This document shows, piece after piece, positions 52,406 to 64,000 of a stretch of 64,000 nt of DNA. A program made the translations under genes and the position numbers. The notes under the pieces are model-generated. The model saw only the letters and a program-made list of their open reading frames with translations. It made no database searches and had not been told where the DNA came from. This DNA comes from Vairimorpha necatrix (taxonomy: Eukaryota), in assembly GCA_036630325.1 (NCBI GenBank), contig CP142726.1, forward strand, positions 372,001 to 436,000. Direction: 5' to 3'. The stretch's first letter is position 1; every line of letters begins with the position of its first letter.

Positions 52406-53679
52406 ACCCCTCAGAGAAATTAATAATTAAATACTTAAATTTTTATATAAAAATCACATTATATATATTATTAAACTAATATAGGCTGTTGTTTTCAAAA
52501 AAAATCAGAGAAACTTATTGAGTGTATTTAAACATTAATCTTATATTGCAATGTAGAAAAAAATTAAATTAGTAAAATATGATTTGTTAATGCAATATAA
52601 TGTTTACATTCTGTTTATTGTTCAATGATTCACAATTATTCATATATATTGATTTATTACTTTTGTTACCGAAATAAATATTTCATATATTAGCTTTAGC
52701 ATATTATTTAATTAAATTAACACAATTGAAAAACCATTTTTTATGTAAACATACTCATTATTGAAATTTTTTAACTATTTGTAATTACTTTAAGAGGTGA
52801 ATTTAATTTTAAACCATAATGTTAATGGAAATTATAAACAAAAAAATTTTGAATAAATATTTTCACAAAATTTATTTGTTTTGGTAATAATCAAAACATG
52901 TCAAATATTTTGATGTTTTGTTAATTATGCGTCAAAAATATACGAAACATGAATAATATTAAGAAAAATTATTTTACATTTATATAATGAAATATTAACA
53001 ATGTTGCTATATATTTATTTTAATGTTATTAAAAAAATAATAGACTATAATTGTAATCTTACGTTCTTTTAAGAAATATCGGGCCATTATTAAATAAAAT
53101 GTCTATCTGTTTTGGAAATAGAAGATCCTCAGAGCAACATAACATCAAATGGATTTTTATTATAATAGAGGTGTTATAAATTACCAATCAATATGTACAT
53201 TCAAACTGTACAAATTACAAGCCAAATAATGGATTAGCATTATAAATATTCTCTATATAACAACTTTAACATTATACAGTATAAATATGACATAAAAGGT
53301 CACATCAGTATACCATTAAATGCCGATTTTTTTATTCTGTCCCTTCTTTAAATCATAACGAAAACAAGCAATGCGGGAAAAGAAAATTATTATGAAATTC
53401 ACTATAAATACCTAAATTTCATAAGAAAGCAAAGTAGTTTCATTAATTTTTCTAAACTCGCAATCTTTTTTTGTTTGCACAAAACTGTGTCTTACTTAGC
53501 TATAAGAATAAATCATTACTATATCGTTCCAATAAATATTAATGGCTGATATATATAGATATATTTCATTAAATATTTGTTTGTTTATTGAAATTATGTA
53601 AAATAAATCGCTTTAATTTTTAGCACACAAGCAAGAGTTTTATAATGATAATATACAATTAGCGACTTTCTAGCTTTAT

Positions 53680-54300
53680 CAAATGAAAAAATATGGGGGT
53701 TCACATATTAATTATAAATAGTGCGGAAATAAGGGTAGATACGGGATATCCAAATTACAGGGGGACCCATAATAGCCTTATATTCTTGATATTACAAGAA
53801 TCCGAGTGAAATTTTAGAAGTTGAAGTTGTAAAGTTAATCAGGATCGGTTTACTATGGTCGAGAAAGAAAAACTAAGAAAATATGACCTTATTGCATATG
53901 TATTGGGACTAATACATAAATCCCGCACATAAATAGTTCCTTATGTAATTACAAGGAAAGATGTGATGATCAACTATCACAGAAAATACATCGGGGGTTG
54001 GTAAATCAACTTTAACTTGAACATTCGGCCATTATTGTGCCGAAGAAAACTCTAAAATCCCTCTCTGTAAACAGCGACGAGAATGTGACCACAGGATGCA
54101 GGAGAGAAAGAAGTTGGTCAGATGTTGCGCACTTGCAACCATGGCGACTTTAAAGAAGGGATATCTTTGAAGGATAATGAAGCTTTAAATCTGGAGTTAA
54201 AAAACGAATTTAATTTTAAAAACAATAGTCTGCGAAGAGTTTAATCCCATAATCGATATAACAAGCTCTTGTTAAATCTAAATACATGAAAAATAAACTG
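53680..54300 (+). mobile_element. Decayed 3' fragment of the RLE non-LTR element
   Basis: Homology to 43600-44260 (EIRVDT, EKLRKYDL). Confidence 0.75.
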
Positions 54301-54737
54301 CATAGTTTATTTTTATTTTTTTTTACTCATTCTATATACAGATAAGAATCCTTGAAATAACTTGAAAGACTGATGATGGTTAGTTGCCAAATCAAGAAGC
54401 AGCCTCTATACTGGCAGCAGATAGACGCTTGAAGAACTGGGTTTTTGAGATAGCTAGAACAGCTTTGTAAGTAAATCTAAAGACATTATTTAATCCATTA
54501 TTAATTGGAATTTATGTTTATACACTTTAAAACAGGTTAGTGTTGATATATTTAACATGTTGCTGCAGTATTTTTCTTTGTTTGTTGGCGCGTTGATATG
54601 TCATCAACGAAACGTCTGACGGGGAATTGTTCAGGCGTCTGCAACTGCGAACTAGGCATTTATTATGCCCATAATCATAAATAAGTCAAAAGCCTTCGGC
54701 CTTCACTTTAAAACGATATATGATCATTAAATTATAT

Positions 54738-54943
54738 ATGCCTTTTATAAACTATGACGACAGAGAACACAAAGAAGAAAAGAAGCAGCTTAAAGGGCTC
54801 TTTTTATGTCAACCTTCAAGTTTGGAAAATCATAAGATAAGACAGTTATCATATGATATTCTAAGTAAGGAATGTAATCTGAACAAAAAAACTGTACAAT
54901 TTCTTGAAGCGGCCATGAGTCTATAAAAAGCTTTCCCTTATCA
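54738..54943 (+). pseudogene. 5' part of phosphodiesterase copy 4, cut by hAT
   Basis: MPFINYDDREHKEEKKQLKGLFLC...QLSYDILSKEC matches PDE copy 3; ends at the PYH motif. Confidence 0.8.
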
Positions 54944-57558
54944 CAGGGGTCGGCAACCTTTTTGAAATAAAGTTCGAAATGGGCAATTTCAAAATCTTAA
55001 AAAGATAAACGGGCTTAGCTCAAAAAAATATTCAAGAAAGTTAAAATAAATGCTCTGGAAATCTTTTTAAAAAAAAACATTTCGTAGCGAATAATACGAT
55101 TATGATTTTTTTTAGTATTTTTTTAAAGATAGGCATCTTTAACAAGTATAAATCTTTTATATTAAAACGAAAATGATAATTAAATTTTTTAACAAGAGTT
55201 TTCTTAAGTGATTGAAAGAATCGAAAAAAAAAATTTAATTGTTTTATATAGATTTAATAGACATTGTTTTGACAAGAATGCGAAGCAAATTTCTTCATAA
55301 TTACTTTAAAAGGAGGTTTAAATTTTGTTTTCGATTAAATCTCGAAGAAATAACAAAAATTAACTACGTATGGAGAAATACTAAGAAACAATACTTTTTT
55401 TGAGAAACTTGATTTTGCATGTCATCTGTATTTTGGTCATAATTAATGATATAAGATGAATCAGCAGCTCTTAAACAGTTATCTAAATGTTTGTCCGTAA
55501 GTTGTGTTCGATATTTTGATTTTAAATACGTCATATTTGAAAAAAGAGCTTCACAATTATATGTGGTTCCACAATATGAAAATATTTTGAGTGCACATTT
55601 TCTTAAAATGGGAAAACTATTATTTGAAACCTAATTTCCAAAAGTCCTTGTCTAAATAATGAGATTTTCAAACTATATCATTCTTAAAATCAATAATTTC
55701 AATTTCTAAGTCGTCCATGTTAGCTATATGAAAAAAATTAGAAATTTTTATTGGTAAATCAGAAACAAAAACATTAAAAGGATTAACAAAAAATGGAATT
55801 AATTCCTCTAATGATCGAAAATCATGAAATCTTTTAGAAAACTCAAACAGTAATAAATCTATTGCGCCTATGTCCGATGTAGGATCGAATTCATGAATAC
55901 TTAAATTTATTTTTTCAATTATTAACTTAGTATTTTAAAAATGAGATAAGGTTTTCTTCATTAAATGTATTTTAAAAAGTTCTAACTTATTTGTAAGAGA
56001 ACTAATTAAGCTTATCATATCTGCAATATGTAAATTCTTTTGTTGTAATTTTAAATTAAGTTCAGTAAATTACATTGTGATATCCGCTAAAAATCCGAGA
56101 TCTATAACCAACATTAGTTTTCAAATTCTATATAAGTTTCATTTCTCATTTCAAAAAATCCCAAAATTTGCGGTAAAAGCTTAATAAAGCATTCAAGAAC
56201 TTTGCCTCGGCTAAGCCATCTCACTTCTGTATGAAAAACTAAACCTTCAAAATCCGCGTTTTCTTTTTCTATAAGCAGCTTAAACAGCCTATTTTCTGTT
56301 GCTCTGGCTCTTTTTGAATTTATAATTTTAGTAGCATTTAATAAAATATGATTAAAATTAACACTTTTTAGAAATAAAACTTGTTGATGAATTATATAGT
56401 GATATGAAATAAACTTTGGAAACAAAGAATCTTTTCTACATAAACCAATAAATCACGTTTTCTTTTCCGACCATTGCTCGTGCACCATCAGTAGTAATAG
56501 AAGAAAGTTTTTGAAGTGGCATATTTTTATCGACAAAAAATTTTTTAAATAAAGAAAATATGTCTTTTTGTTGTACGAGCAGTTAAAGGTAGAATTTTCA
56601 TCTTTTTTCTTTAAGAAAAGTCATTAAATACCATTTTTATAGAAACAATTAGTTGTGCTGTGTCAACTACATCGGTAGATTCAATAAGGTGAAAACGAAA
56701 AACATACAATTTCTTAAGTCTTTATGTAATTCTGATTCCAAATTATTAGCAATTAATTTTATTCTTATTGATGCAGTTCTAGCTGATAACTGAAACATAT
56801 TGGTAGCTTTAAAAATTTTTCCCCGTTTCAAAATCTTCAAAAAGAGAATCCGCCGCTGTTATCTTAGCTTCTCTTATAATTTCTGCATCAGTAAAGGGTT
56901 TTTTCTTAGCCGAAAGATGTGCAACTTTTATTGAAACTACATTGGCCTCCTTCGAAAGCTATTTTGGCTTTGTAAAATATCTCTGCTGTTTTACAATTGC
57001 TGATTTTGTCGATATCAAATTACTTTTTCGCAGTTCGGAATTCAGTGGGCATTCAATATTTATATTTTCATGCAAACCATAAAAGTATCGTTCTAAGTTA
57101 CTTTTTTGTATATTGCAATGCTTTTGTTGCACAATAAACAAATACATCTACCTTGAAATTTTATAAAGAAAGCATCTTCTTCACATAAATTATTGAATTG
57201 ATAATTTCTTTTTTTTGAAGGTTCCATAAAAAGGCAAAAAAATTTTGTAATAAATTTTTAAAATTTATTGAATGTTGAATTAGCATGTTTTATGGCATAA
57301 TTATTGTCAAAATAAATTTATAAAGAACTTTATATTTATAATAAATATTTTTAATGTGAAAATCATCATATGTAAGAAAATTTTTGTTGAAAGGTCTTTT
57401 TGCTTAACGAAAAATACATCAACTCATTATAATGTACTCCCAATATATAGCATTAAAAATGTAATTGTCCAAATTTTTTTGATAAAATGAAATATTAAAT
57501 TTTTAAAATTTTTTCTCAATGTGAAGAATGAAAACAGACACTTCGTTGCCGACCCCTG
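54944..57558 (-). mobile_element. hAT transposon (Buster/Charlie, GTF2IRD2-like), decayed
   Basis: 14-bp TIR CAGGGGTCGGCAAC; motifs ESTDVVDTAQL, TTDGARAM, HYIIHQQ, HTEVRWLSRGKVL. Confidence 0.9.
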
Positions 57559-58080
57559 TTCTATTGCATTAATATTTTTTTTTGAAGAATTAAATAAATC
57601 CGCGCAAACAAATAGAACGTTATATTGGAACTAAGTTTTACAAAATAATATTTGAATCATAAAGTATACGCATTTTGTATACGCATTAAAATTTATCAAA
57701 GTAAAACATTAAATCAAAATTCGATATTATTATAACAATAAAGTCTAAAATATATGGTTTAAGGATAAAAATCATGAAAAGGAAAGTTAAAAATTATAAT
57801 CGAAATCTTATATATATATGTGTATATATATATCCCTATGATTTAAATTTCACACAGGCTGGTGTAATAATTTTTTTATACTTTTGAAATAAATTATTAA
57901 TACCATAAAACGATAGGCTAATAGAGAGCGTACAAGCGATCACAGAGCGCAAATGTCCTAAAAATCTTTAATGATCTTACCAAATTATTACCTTTCCAAA
58001 TTTACAAGAAAAATTGTTTTATACCAGTTACATACCAATGTTTTTGAGATCATATAAAAAATATTGACAGCAAGCACCCT

Positions 58081-61000
58081 TGTAGGAAGTGCTACACGTG
58101 TCAAATACATAGTGTCATTGTTTTGATATATTTGACACTGTGCTTCTTTAAATATTTTAGAGTAAATAACCATACGTTTTCATTCAAACAATTTAAAAAA
58201 AACGAAAAGAAATTCTTAATATCTAGAAATGTGAGAAGGATGACCCACAGCAGTTCTTAGAGGACATGCTTGAAGTAGGGAGGTTACAGGAGTACAGTAT
58301 GGTAAACTGATGCTCCTGTTTAAATGTCTTTTAAAGAAGAAGTGAGAGACTTGGTTAATTCACTGCCCTTAGGACTGGGACTTGACAAGTTGATTGCATC
58401 ATTTAAAGAAAGGTTCTTTAGTGAAATGCAGTTAAAAATTTGCATTGATAAACTCTCTGCTTTAAGATACAATGGGCTCGATTTTGAATTATCTGATAAT
58501 ATGGCGGGACTAGCACGCAGGGGTAATGTTCCTGAGAGCATCTTATTTGCTTTTGCGCTAAAGGGGCTACCCAATGATTTAGCAAATATTGTTCTAGTGA
58601 ATAGCAATGATTCGTTATCGTGGGTACATCTATAGAGCTTTGAGTAATGTAAAGTCTGAGAATGTTCAAAGATACTTAGAAGGGATGCGTGGAGAGCCCA
58701 TGTAAGTAGATGCTATTAAAAGGAAAGTCTGGCTTAAAAATAATAAAAAAACAGGTAGGAATGGGGAAAACAAGTGTTTTAATTGTGGGAAAGGGGGCCA
58801 TTTAGTTGCACAATGCAAATTAATACTTTCAGTAAGAATCTTAGAGTTGTAGAAAAGATCACAAAGAAGGAGGAAGAATATGAGGAAAAAGACTCTAATT
58901 AATTTATTTTTATTTTGCCGTATTAAAGTTTAATGACATTAGAACAACGCTTAAAGCTGCGTCACCAAACGATTCAAGAAATAAAAGTTAAAGTACTCAT
59001 CTATACAGGAGCTGATATAAATTTGATCAGACTAGAGCTTTTGCCAAAGAAACCCGTTGTTAATCTTTCAAAAAAACAGCTTAGAGCGGCCAATGGATCA
59101 AAAATAAAAATCATTAGAGAAGCAGTAACTAAAATTAAATTTGAGGGGATGATATTCGAAGATAAATATATCATTACTAGAGGTATCACAATGTCTGCAT
59201 TATAGGGCAAGGGTTACTCGACAAATATAAGATAAATATAAAATTTGAAAATAACAAAATGGAAATCGAATCTGGACATTTGACAAAAGGGAAGCCATAG
59301 GGTATCACAAAATTATCACGAAGGATGATAGCTCAATAATCTCAGTTGTACAAGTTGGGGGAGCAAAAGAGGATATTGCGTCGTAAATAGTGAAAGAGTA
59401 TTTAAAACTTGGAATAGTTAGGCCAGTGTAAGCGCATGGAGAAGTACGATTATTATAGTCCTACAAAAGCATGGAGATCATAGATTATGCGTCGATTATA
59501 AAAAATTAAAAGGTACTACTATCAGAGACGCATTTCCAATGCCCAGAGTGGAAAAATTCATCAATGCTTGAGAGGGAGCAACGTATTTTACTTAATTAGA
59601 CGTAGAATCTGGCTATCAGTAAATAGTAATGCGCCTTGTGATATTGAGAAGACAGATTTTACCAGTAGAGAAGGTCTATTTGATTTCTCAAAAATGCCTT
59701 TGGACTTGTTAATGGTCCAGCCACTTTTAAGCGGGCGATGAATGATATATTGAGGGAATTTCTGTTATAGTTTTTTGTAGTATACATGGATGATATACTT
59801 ATATTTTGTAAAATAAACGAAAATCAAAAGAGGAATGTTCAGAGGGTATTAAAAAAGCTTAAGTTGGTTGTATTAAAACTCAATAAAGACAAATGTGAAT
59901 TAATAAGACCCACATAAAGATTTTAGGCCATGTGATATCTAAGGAGGGAATAAGTGTAGATGAAGAAAGGGTCAGGAGTATTCAACAATTACCAATTCCC
60001 TAAAGTAAAAAAATTATAATCTTTATATGGCCTGTATAATTATTGCTCTAAATATATTAAAAACAGCCATAAAGTGATTAGTCAGCTATTCGACGTAATA
60101 AGACTCAAGAAGGAGGACGTGGATAGCTTTTGGAAAAATGCAGAGAATGATCAAAAATACTTCAAGGCAATCGAAGAGGTAAACAGGTTATATAGATAAC
60201 GGCTTTTTTGACTATACTAAACTTAAAGGATAAGTTTATTTTAACAACAGATGCATCGAACAAGAGATGTAGAGATACATTGGCGCAAATAATTGGAGGG
60301 AAAGAAAAGATTGTTTCTTATTACAGCTTTCTACTTTCGAAGACAGAAAATAATTACTTCGAGACGGAACAAGAACTATTGGCGGTTAAAAAAATATCCA
60401 ACATTTCAGAGAATATTTATTATTGGGCAAGTTCACATTAGCAACTGATCATCAAGCTCTGAAATATCTGTTCAAGTCTTGAAATGTTAAAGTCGGGTTG
60501 GCTAGATGGTCATTGATTTTACAGGAATATGACTTTGATATTGAATATATAACGGTCCATCAAATCATACAGATCGCCTAAGCAGAGAATTTATAAAGAT
60601 AGAAGAGAATGTTCATCAAATTTATTTAGTACAAAAGAAAAGCATCAAAAAAGAAAAAACATTGACATTACTGAGGTTTATCATGATCTTTTAGGCCACG
60701 GATCAAAACAAAACATGAAGTATAATATTGGACAAAAATACTTATGGTTTCATATGAATAAAGATTTAAAAGACTATATTGATAATTGTGAAGTATGTCA
60801 AAAAGAAAAATTAAAGAAAAAATTTGAGGATTTTGTACTAGTGGTGGCTAATAAATTGGGGGAGATCTGGGAATTGGACATGGTAGGCCCTCTGAATTTG
60901 AGTGAGCAAGGATATAAGTATCATTGACAATGATTGACCATTTCTCAAAAATTGCAGAGGTTGTGCCGGGGTTTACAAAGGATATGAATAGGTTGTTTAT

Positions 61001-61752
61001 TTGATTGATGAACATATAGTCTGGAAACATGGTGTTCCGAAACCATTCTGACTGATAATGGTAGAGAGTTCAAAAATAAAATCTGTGATGAATATGCAAA
61101 AGTTAAGAATTTTATCTGAAAATATGGTTTCCCTTATAAACCTACGACCACGGGGCTTGTGGAGAGATTTAATAGAACAATAGGTTCAAAGTTAAGAAAA
61201 TTCCGGAAATTAAGAAATTTGATTTTGCAAGATGCGTATCTAAATTGGTCAGGGCTCATATGCAGTCTTACCATAGGGCTATAGGCTGCGCTTCAGTAGA
61301 ACTTATCACAGGAATGACACTTAATGATATGGACTTACAGGAAGGGATTAAAACATCAAAAGATAAGAAAGAGTGTCGGGAACAGGCCAGTAAGAATTTA
61401 GAAGCCTACAGGCTTGAATATAACACAAGTGTAAAAAAGAATGCTGATAGTAAGTACACCATAAAGGTAGGAGATAAAGCCTGATACTATTTAATTCTCC
61501 CGATAAGAGAAAAACTTGAACCTAAATGGGAAGAAAAGGATTGGTAGTAGAACAAAAATTATATTCATTTAAAGTTTTATCGGACAGTGGGAAAACAGTT
61601 ACGGCGAGTCGAAATCATGTCAAGCTTTTTAAGGAGGGGTAGTGTAGAAAGTGCTACACGTGTCAGGTATATAATGTCATCGTTTTAATACATTTGACAC
61701 TGTTCTTCTTGACAAATTTTAGAATAAATAAACCTATGTTTTCATTCCAACA
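58081..61752 (+). mobile_element. Ty3/Gypsy element 4 (same family as element 2, older) with 110-bp LTRs
   Basis: LTRs 58081-58190 and 61643-61752; flanks ACCCT/ACCCC; PPT AAGGAGGGGTAG; gag-pol remnants homologous to element 2. Confidence 0.92.
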
Positions 61753-62136
61753 ACCCCATTAAGACATTTGTAAAAAACTCAATGGTGTCACTATTTTCTC
61801 CGTTAATTTTAGCAATACATGTAGAATTGCATCAAGATTGTTTATCCTTCTAAATACACAAATTTTTGTTCGTTGTATTTTTGTGTTCTATATGATCTAA
61901 TCTACGTGGTCTCTTTGATATTAAATTTCGATATTAAATCAAGGCTTGTGAATGTTCTTTTCATTACCTAAAAACCACAAGCGTTATGGTATCATTTTAT
62001 ACTTTATGCGCACCTCCTTATTTTGTACATTTTTTTAGTACCATTTAATATTATAAGTTGATAGATAGAACCAGAGCAAAATTCCTATAAATCTACTATT
62101 TAATATAGATCTTAATTCAACCCCAGGTCGCATAAG

Positions 62137-62139
<3 letters not shown>

Positions 62140-62172
<33 letters not shown>
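62140..62172. repeat. (TA)n microsatellite
   Basis: Directly visible. Confidence 0.9.
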
Positions 62173-62174
<2 letters not shown>

Positions 62175-62215
62175 GCTTGATTATGAGTTAAGTGTAACAG
62201 TTTGAGTTTATAACT

Positions 62216-62580
62216 TGTCACACGACATCCTTCCTGTTCCTAAGACAAGCCCAATGAGACTCTAACACTCGAACCCCCGGGGGCTGTCATATCTCAATTA
62301 CGGCCGAGCCATAGACGTAAACAAATACGTCTTCGTCAACAAACAAATGACGAATAAGAAAATGTCTAATCTAGTGAATAATGTCAGAATATGAAAATCT
62401 GTACAAGAGGCCATCTTTTCCTCCAATAATTGACATGCTTGACATTTATTAAAAATAAAACATAAAAGGATGAATTTCTAGCCCTTGGTCGAGTTATGAA
62501 AAGAACAAGAGTCAATAAAAATTATACTAAAGTAAATTATTTAAACAAGCCAAGCGGCCAGGAAGGCAGCTCGCACCACA
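62216..62580. mobile_element. Solo-LTR-like element (365 bp)
   Basis: TG...CA ends; perfect 5-bp TSD TAACT; ends homologous to 4887-5241. Confidence 0.8.
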
Positions 62581-62969
62581 TAACTCATTTTAAACTTCAG
62601 ATTATACATATTTTTGTAAACTGAAAGAAATTAACTGTGAAGCATACAATCAAAATAAAAATTCTTTAAAGGTTTCTTGTATCTATTCCAAAATATTCAA
62701 CCTATTCATAAAAAACCAACATTAAAATGAACTATCAAAAAATATTTTTATAATGTGACAATAACAGCTTTTTGCAAGAAATTAAAATCTTTCGGGCCAA
62801 CATGGCAATAAAATGTGTTGATTGGTATAATGAAGCTAAAAGGCAAAAGGAACTTTTTTAGCATCTTCTGAGGTGCACAATTTCTAATTTGATTGAGACA
62901 ATTTTGAATTTGACGAGAGGTTATTGTAGAAATTTAAAAGTGTTTTTTAATATAATCCATTTCTACTAA

Positions 62970-64000
62970 ACATATTTATTCTAAAATTAAGGATATAAAA
63001 TATAATTTTTTAAATCTCAACATCCCCTCTTAAAAACATTCGTCTATTTTTAATTTCGGCTGAGAAGAATGTCACTTAATAGTTTTGTTTCCTGTCCTCA
63101 CCAGATATGTGTTGTTTTCTAAAACTTTATAAATTAAACATAGAACTCTAAATTTGGGTTCTCCTTTTCTGACCCCCGTTTCCGTTTTTATAATAACGCT
63201 ATCTCCCTGTAAAAATTGTGGTTCGGTTTCTCGGTTTTTATTTCTTTCATTGAATTTTAGTATCTCCTCATATTGTTTTTCTTTCACCTTTTGGAAATTA
63301 GTCGGGGTTAAAGCTTCATTCGGAGACATACCTAATTTACTATGATTTATATAGTTATATACATCTAAAACCTTTGAAAGTCTAATTTAAAGATTTTCTT
63401 TTCCCTCTTGTTTGTATATTCCTTCTTGTATTGTCCTATTAAATCTTTCCACTCTTCCATTGGACTGGTGGTGAAATGGCGAGGTATAATGTAATTCGAC
63501 ATTATTACTCGCTGCCCAACATCTTATTTTTTACTTAGGTTTTCTTTCGATTAATCTAAAATTAGTTTATGTATCTTAATTTTTTGATTTATCATATCTA
63601 AAAATTTTACAATTTTCTTACTCTCCCTGGAACTTAGTACCTTTCCAAATCCGAATCGACTAAAGTAATCAATCCCAGACACGATATATTGGTTGTTAAT
63701 TGGACCAATAATATCTATTGCTACTTTCTCTCCAATTGCATGTGACTTTACAAAAAAATTCTTTTCCCTCTTTTAAAATTATACATTTTACACCGAATAC
63801 ACCTCTTTAGCTAGTTTTTAGTCAATTTTTCCATATATTTCAAATCGTATTTCTTTTTAAATTCATTTTGAACTGCTTTATAACCTCTATGGACAAGTTC
63901 TAGAAGTTTATCACGATTAATTTTTCTTTTGTCTTCCTCAGTCATTTCTAATTCTAGATTTTTAATCTCTAATATTTCTTGTCTTGGTGATCTGGATAAG
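62970..64000 (-). mobile_element. Ty3/Gypsy element 5, integrase and 3' end (continues beyond the window)
   Basis: SPFHHQSNGRVERFNRT integrase motif; PPT AAGAGGGGA followed by TGTTG at 63022; LTR end uncertain. Confidence 0.85.

Overview
AT-rich, transposon-saturated eukaryotic DNA, most consistent with a large-genome microsporidian (an inference from short intronless genes, CCC/GGG motifs just before start codons, and the element families present). Most of the window is nested mobile DNA: two pogo/Tigger copies, two Merlin elements (one intact), a Mutator, a hAT (Buster/Charlie-like), five Ty3/Gypsy elements with unusually short LTRs, three solo-LTR-like inserts, and several copies or fragments of an RLE-type (R4/Dong-like) non-LTR retrotransposon. 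The only host genes I can recognise form a repeated set: four small homeobox genes (all minus strand), four disrupted or partial class I cyclic-nucleotide phosphodiesterase (PDE) copies (all plus strand) and one disrupted PKA regulatory subunit. Main discoveries: (1) a ~790-bp tRNA-headed, poly(A)-tailed SINE-like family in six copies, one with a perfect 15-bp target-site duplication (TSD); (2) a duplicated homeobox/PDE cassette with conserved upstream motifs; (3) a Mutator flanked by an exact 80-bp duplication; (4) Gypsy elements with 49-110 bp LTRs whose gag start codon lies in the LTR or at the LTR/PBS junction. All alignments were done by eye, so coordinates of decayed elements are approximate and some frameshifts may be sequencing errors.
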